From contig NW_024705505.1 of the NCBI RefSeq assembly GCF_018977255.1, positions 1 to 38,623 on the forward strand: 38,623 bases of DNA, in the 5' to 3' direction. Numbering within the stretch: position 1 is the first letter of the stretch; each line of letters begins with the position of its first letter. Shown here piece by piece: positions 12,509-22,008 of the stretch. Both the position numbers and the translations under genes were made by a program. This stretch comes from Callorhinchus milii. Its lineage: Eukaryota. The notes beneath the pieces are model-generated. The model was given only the letters and a program-made list of their open reading frames with translations. It had not been told where the DNA came from and ran no database searches.

Positions 12509-13141
12509 CTCCCATGCGTACAAACATCGGTTGAAAATACTTTCCGGTCGTTGTCATCACCGAAAAAAACACGTGCATATAAATACTAAGCAAATGTTTT
12601 AAGACGGCGACTATTTATTTAGATCTCGAAAGTTCGAGTACATTACCTTCATGCTTGAGTGGAAGGTGGCAGCCTTCACGTCACTAACTCTGTTCGGCGA
12701 GAAATCACGACTAGAGCCATCGACCCGGTGACCAAGCGTCGATCAATGGCAACGATTCAACAACCTTCAGCCTGAGCTATCACCACACCTCCTTCAATGA
12801 AGTATTAGTTAAAGTTCAATGAATATTAATACTGTACGGATAAAGGTGTCGACATGGAACGTGCACACGTGAACCCGAGAGGCCATGGTATTAATAGACA
12901 TTTTTATCATGTTTATAACCACAGTCTCTGTGGATAAGAATTGCTTTTAGAAACATGAATCCCTTTGTAAATGTATTCCTCATGAAGTGCCTTTGAAGTA
13001 TTGTACCACTAACGTACTTACCACGACTAACATTAAACACACAGATCTGCTCAGCAACAAATAATCCAATGTACCCTACCAGTATTTTAGGAGTAATTCT
13101 GTAAATGAAAACTACATATTATTGCCCAACATCTTAGGAAA

Positions 13142-13313
13142 TGGGGGTCGGCAAACCGAAATAACAAGACGCGCCAATGTTTTTCGAATTCGGTAAAAAA
13201 AAATCTCATTATTTCAATGGCCGCAACGCATGTGGATATGAGACGGATGGTGGTCCTTAATAAACAACTGTCAGGAGTTAGTCCTTAAAGATCCGCAGGT
13301 TTGCCGACCCCTG
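13142..13313. mobile_element. hAT-type MITE
   Basis: TIRs (tg)GGGGTCGGCAAACC 13142-13157 / GGTTTGCCGACCCCTG 13298-13313, typical of hAT-Charlie CAGGGGTCGGCAAAC ends. No 8-bp TSD retained. Confidence 0.7.
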
Positions 13314-13378
13314 GTGCAGGGAATCGCGCCCTTCATGGATGACAAACAAATGATCGAGTTCCTGTGAATGAAGTGAAG

Positions 13379-13603
13379 CTGTGGCGCAGTTAGTTGCACG
13401 TGTGCTGAGCCATCGAACCCGGCCACTTGAGTTCGATTCCCGGCTTCAGTTAACATCAGTAACGGGTGGTATTCAAACCGGCGGCCAACTCCCCGTTCAC
13501 CAATATTCACTCACCAGCGTAGCGAAGTCTGGTAAGAATAAAACCCTCCCGGATACTGACACAAGTGTGTGAGGAAGGCGTCATGTACAAGTGAATTAAG
13601 TTA
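13379..13603 (+). mobile_element. tRNA-derived SINE with degenerate RTE-type tail
   Basis: A box tggcgcagttag, B box gagttcgattcc, body ttcactcaccagcgtagcgaagtctggt shared with 35335-35365. Confidence 0.7.
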
Positions 13604-13615
13604 AGAGGCTTATAA

Positions 13616-13829
13616 ATCTTTGGTTCGTTCAGTAAAGTCACGTGGATAGAAAAAAAATAATATAAATAAAAACCACGACGTTTCGAGCACAACACAAGCG
13701 ATCGTCTTCAGGAGGAAGACGATCGAAACGTCGTGGTTTTTTATTATTATTTTTTCAATCTACGTGACTTTACCGAAAGAACCAAAGAATATGAATGCCT
13801 GCAGTCACGAAAGTTTTAAGTCAAAATTT
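13616..13829. mobile_element. Penelope-like element foldback with one full and one collapsed hammerhead
   Basis: TSD AGAGGCTTATAA/AGAGACTTATAA (13604-13615/13830-13841); head-to-head arms meet at gatcgtcttc-aggag-gaagacgatc; tail at 13790-13823. Confidence 0.85.
13672..13716 (-). ncRNA. Hammerhead ribozyme motif, subfamily B, imperfect stems
   Basis: CUC-CUGAAGA-C-GAUCGC-UUGUGUU-GUGCUC-GAAAC-GUC/GUGG; one mismatch each in stems I and II. Confidence 0.65.
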
Positions 13830-13854
13830 AGAGACTTATAAGTAATTAATAATT

Positions 13855-13932
13855 TTTAAAAAATCATTGTTTTATCTTTTTACTATTTCATTATTTCCCT
13901 TCTACGTGACTTTACCGAAAGAACCAAGAATA
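13855..13932 (+). mobile_element. Penelope-like element terminal fragment
   Basis: ttcccttctacgtgactttaccgaaagaaccaagaa; flanked by the AT-rich direct repeat TAATTAATAATT (13843-13854/13933-13944). Confidence 0.75.
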
Positions 13933-14684
13933 TAATTAATAATTATTATTGTTTGTCATCATATTTGTACCAAGTGGCGTTTTAAAAAAAAAAAACAGCA
14001 GCCATTCTGACATTCGTCAAACGTCTCGGCCAAAAATACTCCCGTCTGCCCTTCACTTTTCAGCCCGACACCCGATAGGACGTCAAGTTCGTCAGCTGGT
14101 ATCCGCGACAGCTTCTCATCTGGGCCTGTCCACTCGCGCGCCTGGCCCACGTGGCCTATCGCGGCCCAGGAATAGCCACCTCCTTCCTCAATGATCCTCG
14201 TTTCAATGTGCAAAACGTGCCAGCCTCTTACACGCAGCCTCAACGGGGACCTCTTTGGGAATTCGTTTTTTTGTAAAATCAAATATTCATATTCCACATC
14301 CTGCCTCTCGTCAGACGATGCAACAACCAAACATTCCGGACAGCATTGCCAGTTGCATCGACGCTATCAGGCACACTGAACTCATCAGAGGGGGGGGGGG
14401 TCATTTGGGAGTGGGGGGGGGGCAGATAATTGCCATTCTGGGCTCAGGTATTTAATACTGTTCTAAGGTTTTGGAATGGACCCCATGTACGTGTGTATTC
14501 TTCTTCCTTGTCCATGAGCGTATTGCTCAGATGCTGTAGTGCTGAGATTGGGCCTAATGAATACAACCATTGAGTATGGGAGGGGGTTCGTGATTCTTCC
14601 ACGTACCAATTAATTTTTTTAGTTCGTAAAATGCTCCTGTAACTTTAAAAGCGTCCGGATAGTTGCACGTAAAAATTGAGGATA

Positions 14685-14790
14685 AAGGTGCAGCCCTGAA
14701 AATGTGATTGCTCGCGGATAATTATGACGGAAGGGACTCCACTAGAAGGAGCGGTAGAGAGCCCCTCTAGAGGGCATTTGACCAACTATT
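14685..14790 (+). repeat. Unclassified interspersed repeat, copy 3 (diverged)
   Basis: aaggtgcagccctgaaa...ttgctc...gcccctctaga matches 1658-1740. Confidence 0.65.
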
Positions 14791-14807
14791 TTACACTGCG
14801 CAGATGC

Positions 14808-15000
14808 ATTCATATTCTTTGGATCTTTCGGTAAAGTCACGTAGATAAGTTCAAAGAAAATAACAAAAAGGATGACAAACGCTGGTGTTGCGATCAAAAC
14901 GTCGTATTTTTGGTTATTTTCTTTGAACCTATCTACGTGACTTTACCGAAAGACCCAAACGAATATGAATTGCTGCAGTCACGACAGTTTTAAGTCGAAG
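14808..15000. mobile_element. Penelope-like element foldback, hammerhead degenerate
   Basis: Inverted arms tctttcggtaaagtcacgtagata/tatctacgtgactttaccgaaaga; tail ctgcagtcacgacagttttaagtcg; core reduced to gatgac...gcgatc-AAAAC-gtc. Confidence 0.8.
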
Positions 15001-15804
15001 TTTAATATCCGTGCAAGGATTTGTACGATGAGGTTTCGAGACGACACAGAAGGGCAATAGTCCAATCAATCATTACTGATTATCACTGAATTTCCCAAAC
15101 AGAGAGAAAAAAAAAGACTTTGCAAACTTAGGACATTTAATTCTTTAAAAAAGGCTAATATTTTACAGCTTGGATTATAATAAAGAATCAATTCCAAGAC
15201 TGTGCCATCTGGACGAGAATGGAGAAACGGTACAATTATTAACATGGACATAGCTATATATTGGATATTAAAATTGCACTATTAGGTTATTTTATGCTCT
15301 TTTACAAATACTGCGTACTGTAATAATGTTGTAAAATCGCTCAACGGCGCCTTACTGAAGCAAGGACAGTTTGCTGAACTGTATCTCTACAATTTCATGA
15401 ATTGTTATGATGCAACCATATTATTATTTAACCATATTTGAAAAGGCAACACTGAAATATATGAATTGCTATCTAATAATGGCACTGGCACAAAACGTAT
15501 TAGTGATTGGATTTTTTAAAATGCTGAGAAACCAAATCCCTCATACATTTTGCTTATACATTTTCAAGCAGAGGAATAATTTTGTCAACGCACTGCTGAG
15601 TGAAGACCTGCCCACACTATGTCAGACATGGAGGTTGTTTGACTATACTTCACCATGCTGGTCATTGTGGTTCTCTGGGCTACTCAAGTTTCCCCCCGCA
15701 CATACCAAACACTCATGACATTGACCAAATATATAAAACCAGGACCCTTTTTTAAAAAGAGTCAAACGACTTGGGGATTTCTGGGTACGTGAAGGACATT
15801 AACA

Positions 15805-15847
15805 CGGTTGGATACGTACGTTGCAAAATCAGTTCAACATACATACA
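15805..15847 (+). mobile_element. L2-like LINE extreme 3' end
   Basis: tacgtacgttgcaaaatcagttcaacatacatac matches 21247-21280. Confidence 0.5.
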
Positions 15848-17594
15848 AACATTACTATTGTTACAGCACAGAAACCATGCATAGCTCACCCTTAGAGAGC
15901 TTGGTGAGGATTCATTACAATATTTGGAAAAGAATGTGAGTCATCATCATCACGGTCCAAAGGATCGAGCTATCTGAGAGTATGAGCTCCTATTTTGTGA
16001 TAATTTCTCGTTAATTTGTCAATGGGGCATCTGGATTGAGTGGGACTGTTTAAATATCAACTGGGATGTCCTTCTTTACGTAATACAACCTCCTGCAATG
16101 TTGCTGCCCAATGACATTCCAGGCATCATTCGCACCCAAGCGTCAGACTCAGTATGCTGATAGCCAAGCGAATATATTCCACACGTTCTGAGCAGATTAT
16201 TAAGTTCATAATAGTTTTTTTAATTAGATTACGTGGCCTATTCTAAAAAAAATCTATTGGGATTCCTAGTATTGGCTGAAAACCCCTACGTGTTAAGCTA
16301 TTTAAGCTGCTGATTAGTCCCCCCATCCATTCTCCCCTCCTCGACCCCTCCCTTAAATATATTTTGTCTCCGATAGTTGCCGCTACGGGAGTAGAGCAGT
16401 GAGCCCAGGGGTTGTCGCTCGCGAATGACTGTGTTTCTCCCTCCCTGACGTTCGAATTCTGTATTTGGCTCTTGAATGAGCGAGGTTTGTCACGTCAACA
16501 AAACATGCCAACTCGGTACTGGTTCAGCACATCGGTATGTTGGAGAGTAAACCAAAAATATTTACAATTCGGGTACGAAGTTTCGCCAGTAATTATAACT
16601 AGCATCATCAAACGGATAGCCAGAGTTGTGGAGAAATCCTCCTGCTTTAGTCCTAAATAGAGGAATACATTTTCGTTCAATAAAAAGATCCCCATAATTG
16701 GCCTGCTTTTCCAGTGCATTTGCAGCCCGCTGCCTTGTCATCTCTGTGCCCGGAGTCTTGATTTCTACATCTCCCCGCTGTCACTCTGTTCCCGTGTCAG
16801 ATTTATCATCGCCGACCATCCAATTTCCTCCAGACTGCAGTGTGTTTGATCTTGTTGTGCCAGTGCTCATTCCATGCTTCCAATCCGACGTCAAAATTCC
16901 CTTTTAGCACAATATTCGCCGTGCAAAGGAGTGTACCAAAAACATGGCATGGAGCACCGTTTTGATGGAACCAGATTCAAACTGGTCCAAGATTTGTCTG
17001 CTTAAACAAAATGCGGCCATAAACAATTGGTCCTAGTCACAGGAAAACACCCTTCCGGACGCAAATGTAGTTTAATGTTCTGAGAGACCAGACTCAGGGG
17101 CTGCCACGGTTCTGTGAGCCGCCAGGACACATCCACTGTGCATTTTCACTCAACCGTGCCGTGTGATAATCATTACGGGGTCACAGCTCCACGCAGCAGG
17201 CTGCCCTCGCTCTGTGAACTATCACATATAATTACCAGACGCCCCCCAAAGCTCTGAGGCCGCAGCCTCTGCAATGTGACCTTAGTGATTGTGGCATCCT
17301 GTGAATGGGTTGATGATCGGCGCTGGGTAGAAATTCACATAACTTCCCGGTTTAAAGGTCACATCCATCGCCACAGGAGACACCCGCAAAGCAGAAGTGT
17401 CCATTACTAAGGTATCAACACGAACAATCGATCTAATTGCAATTTTAATCAACGTAGCATGTCAATATCTCTTAACATGGTGGTGTTACATCGATTTGGT
17501 TACATTTTGCACGTAAACGAATGATACAGTTTAATATGTGTGATTACATTTAAATTGTCTGAAAGCCATTTTTAGTCTAAGAATTCAAAGTGAT

Positions 17595-17780
17595 GGCCAC
17601 GTAGCTCAGGGGCAGCGCACTAAGCCGGTATCACTGTGTGTGTATTGACCGTCTTTCGCCCCGTACATAGCCAACCATGCTAATTGTGTCGAGGGTTCAC
17701 CGGCAGGAGGTCACGGGACAGACCCAGGTACCATGGGTTGACTGACGAAGATGACTGGTACTCATACACACACACACAAT
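17595..17780 (+). mobile_element. Possible tRNA-derived SINE with (CA)n tail
   Basis: ggccacgtagctcaggggcagcgcac resembles a tRNA 5' half/A box; ends in a CA-rich tract; B box not seen. Confidence 0.35.
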
Positions 17781-17874
17781 ACACGTATACACCCGTACAC
17801 ACATGCGTGCACACCATTGCACCTATAGACACGTACACAAGAAACAGATCAACCTGCCATGATATCGCTCATGG

Positions 17875-18085
17875 TGTATGTATGTTGAACTTTTTTCGCA
17901 CCGTACGTGGCCAAGCACGCTAATTGGAGGTGCGGGGGAAGGCCAACAAACTAAACACAAATCAATCATCAGTTCTGAAGAACTGAGTTTTCGATCTCGA
18001 TTTAAAAGGGCTCAGCTCCAGTGGCTTCCTAATCCAGATCCTGGGTGTGAATTTGGGCAGCCATCCGTGATGACAATGTGGAGTG
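17875..18085 (-). mobile_element. L2-like LINE 3' end
   Basis: Minus strand reads FKSRSKTQFFRT (L2-type FKSxLKTHLF motif), followed by the shared 3' UTR and (CATA)n tail. Confidence 0.7.
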
Positions 18086-18287
18086 ACTAGGTGGTCTTTG
18101 CCTAGTTACTAATGACTGCACAACAAATCCAGCAAATTAAAGGTAGTTTTTCACAGTTGTATATGATTCTAATAATAATTAACATTTATAAAGCACCCTT
18201 AAACAATCTTGATTTGAAGCTTTCGTGACTGCATGAATCCATACTCTTCGGTTCTTTCGGTAAAGTCACGTGGGTAGAAAAATAATA

Positions 18288-18333
18288 GATCACGACGTTT
18301 CGTTCGCAGCACGAGCAACCGTCATCAGGTGGG
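18288..18333 (-). ncRNA. Hammerhead ribozyme motif, subfamily B
   Basis: CAC-CUGAUGA-C-GGUUGC-UCGUGCU-GCGAAC-GAAAC-GUC/GUG; one stem II mismatch. Confidence 0.7.
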
Positions 18334-18379
18334 ACAACCACAGCGAGAGCAAACTGCTGGAGTGGGCGAGAGATCTGCC

Positions 18380-19205
18380 GTGGCACGAGGTGATATAGTG
18401 GCACGAGGTGATATAGTGGCACGAGGTGATATAGTGGCACGAGGTGATATAGTGGCACGAGGTGATATAGTGGCACGAGGTGATATAGTGGCACGAGGTG
18501 ATATAGTGGCACGAGGTGATATAGTGGCACGAGGTGATATAGTGGCACGAGGTGATATAGTGGCACGAGGTGATATAGTGGCACGAGGTGATATAGTGGC
18601 ACGAGGTGATATAGTGGCACGAGGTGATATAGTGGCACGAGGTGATATAGTGGCACGAGGTGATATAGTGGCACGAGGTGATATAGTGGCACGAGGTGAT
18701 ATAGTGGCACGAGGTGATATAGTGGCACGAGGTGATATAGTGGCACGAGGTGATATAGTGGCACGAGGTGATATAGTGGCAAGAGGTGATATAGTGGCAC
18801 GAGGTGATATAGTGGCACGAGGTGATATAGTGGCACGAGGTGATATAGTGGCACGAGGTGATATAGTGGCACGAGGTGATATAGTGGCACGAGGTGATAT
18901 AGTGGCACGAGGTGATATAGTGGCACGAGGTGATATAGTGGCACGAGGTGATATAGTGGCACGAGGTGATATAGTGGCACGAGGTGATATAGTGGCACGA
19001 GGTGATATAGTGGCACGAGGTGATATAGTGGCACGAGGTGATATAGTGGCACGAGGTGAATAGTGGCACGAGGTGATATAGTGGCACGAGGTGATATAGT
19101 GGCACGAGGTGATATAGTGGCACGAGGTGATATAGTGGCACGAGGTGATATAGTGGCACGAGGTGATATAGTGGCACGAGGTGATATAGCACTAGTGGCA
19201 CGAGG
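18380..19205. repeat. Minisatellite, 45 x 18 bp (GTGGCACGAGGTGATATA) plus a partial unit
   Basis: Units run 18380-19188. Only two variants: C>A in unit 23 (18782) and a 1-nt deletion in unit 38 (~19060). Partial unit at 19195-19205. Confidence 0.98.
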
Positions 19206-19277
19206 AGGCCTACTATATAATCTCGTGCCACGGCAGATTTCTCTCCTACTTCAGCAGTTTTTTCTTGCTGTGGTTGC

Positions 19278-19323
19278 CCCACCTGATGACGATTGTTTGT
19301 GTTGCGATCGAAACGTCGTGATC
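19278..19323 (+). ncRNA. Hammerhead ribozyme motif, subfamily B
   Basis: CAC-CUGAUGA(19283-19289)-C-GAUUGU-UUGUGUU-GCGAUC-GAAAC-GUC(19315-19317)/GUG; stem II fully paired with two G-U pairs. Confidence 0.8.
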
Positions 19324-19746
19324 TATTATTCACCCTTGGACAATTCATTCTCGCGGAGCTAATTCAACACTGAGATTAAAATCAAAACAAAGTTAAATGT
19401 GTTTTGATTTCCCATGTGCTAACATCGTAGGGCATCCGCGGAAGCACAGCGCCTCCAAAGTGGATAAGAGACTACTTGGAGATCTCGGAAGTAATTCTGT
19501 AATCTTTGGTTCTACGGGTCATACTCTAAGACAGGGTGATTCGCTGCTCTGCGAAATTTACAAATGGATAATTCTTTGTCTCATGACATAGCACAAATGG
19601 AAAATGAAAATTGGGAAAATAAATATTAAAAAAACTCTATGTGTCTCTCTACTCGCACATGTTGCCCTTGTCTATTGGCACACGCTGAGACAATCGTGGA
19701 GATTCCACATTCTTATGGTGAGAATCAGTCAATACACATAGCAGTA

Positions 19747-19815
19747 ATTCTAGATTTGAAGCTTTCGTGACTGCAAGGATTCATACTCGGTGACTTTACC
19801 GAAAAAACCTAAGAG
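19747..19815. mobile_element. Minimal (69 bp) Penelope-like insertion: tail plus inverted arm end
   Basis: Perfect 14-bp TSD TACACATAGCAGTA (19733-19746/19816-19829). Confidence 0.85.
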
Positions 19816-20269
19816 TACACATAGCAGTACTCTCATTTTATTGACCCGAATAAATGACCATCGCATGATGGCTGGGTTTGCGGTGGCGCACCCAGCAATT
19901 ACAACCCAACAACACGAGGTGTGGTTGACGAGACCGCGTGGAGATGAAGCCATCGTGTGCGTGAAAAAACAACCTGCACGGCAACCTGTGCCTTTAATTA
20001 AGAGGCCCATTAGAGATACATCCGGTGCTCATATTAGTATGAGCACTGGATGCACGTATTACGGATGTGCAAGTCATGAACGAACGCATTAATGGCATAC
20101 ATTTGAGAACTATGCTAACATTACAAAAAAATTACGTAATTGCACGCTTTGTTTCACACTTAATCGCAAAGCCTCTTTGTTGGCCACCAATTCTGAATAA
20201 AGTTGTTATACAACACGGCCCGCATCACATTAAGCTTAAGCCAACTCTTAATTTCTAAGCCCATCTGCA

Positions 20270-20690
20270 AACGGAGAGAGAGTGAGAGAGCTCGCGCTGG
20301 GAGTTGGCACCAGCGCCCGTCCCGGCAAAGCACACGGCTGACGCATGGCCTCGACGCCCATCGGTGAAAAAACCCATCTCCACGCTTCCCTCTCGAACCA
20401 TCCCAGCCTCGCGATGAAAGAGCTGCTGCTGAGAGAGGCAGAGAGGCAGAGAGGCGGGGGGGTCCCGGCGTGAGCTCCCGCGCCCTCGCTCCGACGCTCG
20501 CGCGCTCTGGGACCGGGCGTGCAGCCAGCGCTCACTGGAGGCCTCCCTCCCCAACTCGGCTCAGGCACAGAGCTGCACCCCCCCCCCCCCCCCACGTGTG
20601 CCTGCCGCACCTCCCTGATGGCTCGGCCCAGTCTCACGGCCCGGCCACAACACGCATTAAGCAGCGGGGGAGCTCAGCAGTTTTGCGCAT
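20270..20690. promoter_or_regulatory. GC/CpG-rich island, possible regulatory region
   Basis: Dense CpG, GA repeats and a C-run; not assignable to the repeats seen here. Function not shown. Confidence 0.3.
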
Positions 20691-21049
20691 TCAGAGTAAT
20701 TGAAAGTGCCACATAAGCCCCATCAAATGTGCACGATGCTTTTGTGCCACGGCTCAATTCTCAAATTGCAGCAATTGTCAAGATTGCTTTTATTTTTTTA
20801 TGGGCAATCAGCGCCAATGTGAGATGTAATTTGTTCTATTCGGCATTCTGTACCCCCTTAAGCTGCGGGTCTTGGGTTGTTGTTGTTGTTGTTCGTAGAG
20901 AAAGCCTTTAGCGATTGCACTCGGGGAGTTAAACCGGTGAAACGTATCCCATTTAGAGGGAATGCTCTGCCACGTTAGGACGGTGCTGGCGCTGGCAGCA
21001 CGGCCAGCTCTTCGACTTTAACACGAACTGGTGCTGCCTCCCACTCCCG

Positions 21050-21282
21050 TCCTGCCCGGTGGTGACCACACATTTGTGTCACCGTAATAAGGGGTGGAAC
21101 GCCACTCCCGCTGCCGCCACACCGACGATTCAACGAATTGTCACAATTAAGGTTCACGAATTCAATTTGAAAACTAATTTCTTTCGAACTGCTTTCTGTG
21201 TTCAGTTTGATGTCCTTCCCTCGCAACTCCGATTGGCACGGCTGGCTACGCACGGTGCGAAAAAAGTTCCACATACATACAT
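21050..21282 (+). mobile_element. L2-like LINE 3' end
   Basis: Translation WNATP...FNLKTNFFRTAF resembles the L2 ORF2 C-terminus (WNxLP...FKSxLKTHLFxxAF); (CATA)n tail. Confidence 0.72.
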
Positions 21283-21287
21283 TACTA

Positions 21288-21570
21288 TTCTTGATTTGAA
21301 GCTTTCGTCACGGCAGGAATCCATACTCTTTGGTTCTTTCGGTAAAGTCACGTAGGTAGAAAAAATAAAAATAGATCACGACATTTCGATCGCTACACTG
21401 GTTTATCCAGGATGTTTCTGTTGCACGTCGTAGCTTTAAGATGTTCTCTGTTCATGTTTTGTTTGTTGCGGTTGCACCCGACTCAAGAGCCGCATGGCTC
21501 ACAGGGCTACACCTAATCAATGAAACTTGAAACTACACAAGCAACCATCATCAGGTGTGAAACAAACGTC
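21288..21570 (-). mobile_element. Penelope-like fragment with hammerhead split by a 134-bp insertion
   Basis: Removing 21399-21532 and one CTACAC copy (21393-21398/21533-21538) restores CAC-CUGAUGA-U-GGUUGC-UUGUGUA-GCGAUC-GAAAU-GUC/GUG. Confidence 0.75.
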
Positions 21571-21584
21571 AACAGTCCTCCTGC

Positions 21585-21978
21585 TTCGATTTAAAGCTTT
21601 CGTGACTGCAGGGGTTCATCTTCTTGGTTCTATTTCGATTTAAAGCTTTCGTGACTGCAGGGATTCATCTTCTTGGTTCTATTTCGATTTAAAGCTTTCG
21701 TGACTGCAGGGATTCATCTTCTTGGTTCTTTCGGTAAAGTCACGTAGAAGGGAAGTAATAAAATAATAAAAATAAAACCTGAAGACGGCTGCTTGCGTTG
21801 TAGCCGAAACGTCGTGAGAATTATTTTATTTTATTATGTTTTATTTTTATTATTTTATTACTTCCCTTCTACGTGACTTTACCGAAAGAACCAAGAAGAC
21901 TTCTTGGTTCTTTCGAGTCACGTAGAAAGGGAAATAATAAAATAATTAAAGTAAAACATTAAAAAATAAAATATTATT
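21585..21978. mobile_element. Complex Penelope-like cluster: 3 x 49-bp tandem tail copies and two inversions
   Basis: ttcgatttaaagctttcgtgactgcagg.ttcatcttcttggttct starts at 21585, 21634 and 21683; strand switches at ~21777 and ~21900; runs into the N gap. Confidence 0.88.
21777..21818 (+). ncRNA. Hammerhead ribozyme core, subfamily A, stem I truncated
   Basis: CUGAAGA(21779-21785)-C-GGCUGC-UUGCGUU-GUAGCC-GAAAC-GUC/GUGAG; only 2 bp of stem I remain. Confidence 0.7.
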
Positions 21979-22008
21979 NNNNNNNNNNNNNNNNNNNNNN
22001 NNNNNNNN
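21979..22008. other. Sequence gap (30 N)
   Basis: Run of n characters. Confidence 1.

Larger units (their letters stand above)
18208..19330. mobile_element. Penelope-like element foldback enclosing an 18-bp minisatellite
   Basis: TSD CACCCTTAAACAAT/CACCCTTGGACAAT (18194-18207/19331-19344); arms 18281-18399 and 19212-19330 are ungapped inverted repeats (15 differences in 119 nt by hand count). Confidence 0.88.

Noticed and set aside
13379..13445. Functional tRNA genes (also near 9880, 30660 and 34270)
   Set aside because: A/B boxes are present but no intact cloverleaf, and each runs into a SINE body.
15885..16920. Coding-like minus-strand segments (also 6363-6660 and 8414-8730)
   Set aside because: Interrupted by stops and no recognisable domain; cannot be supported as CDS or pseudogene without a search.
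18380..19205. CRISPR array
   Set aside because: Head-to-tail repeats with no unique spacers, no cas genes, and a eukaryotic context.
18186..19362. Long ORFs of 99-352 aa with VARGDI, VPLYHL or ITSCHY repeats
   Set aside because: They result from an 18-bp unit lacking stops in several frames; one frameshift; embedded in a PLE foldback. The RGD motif is coincidental.
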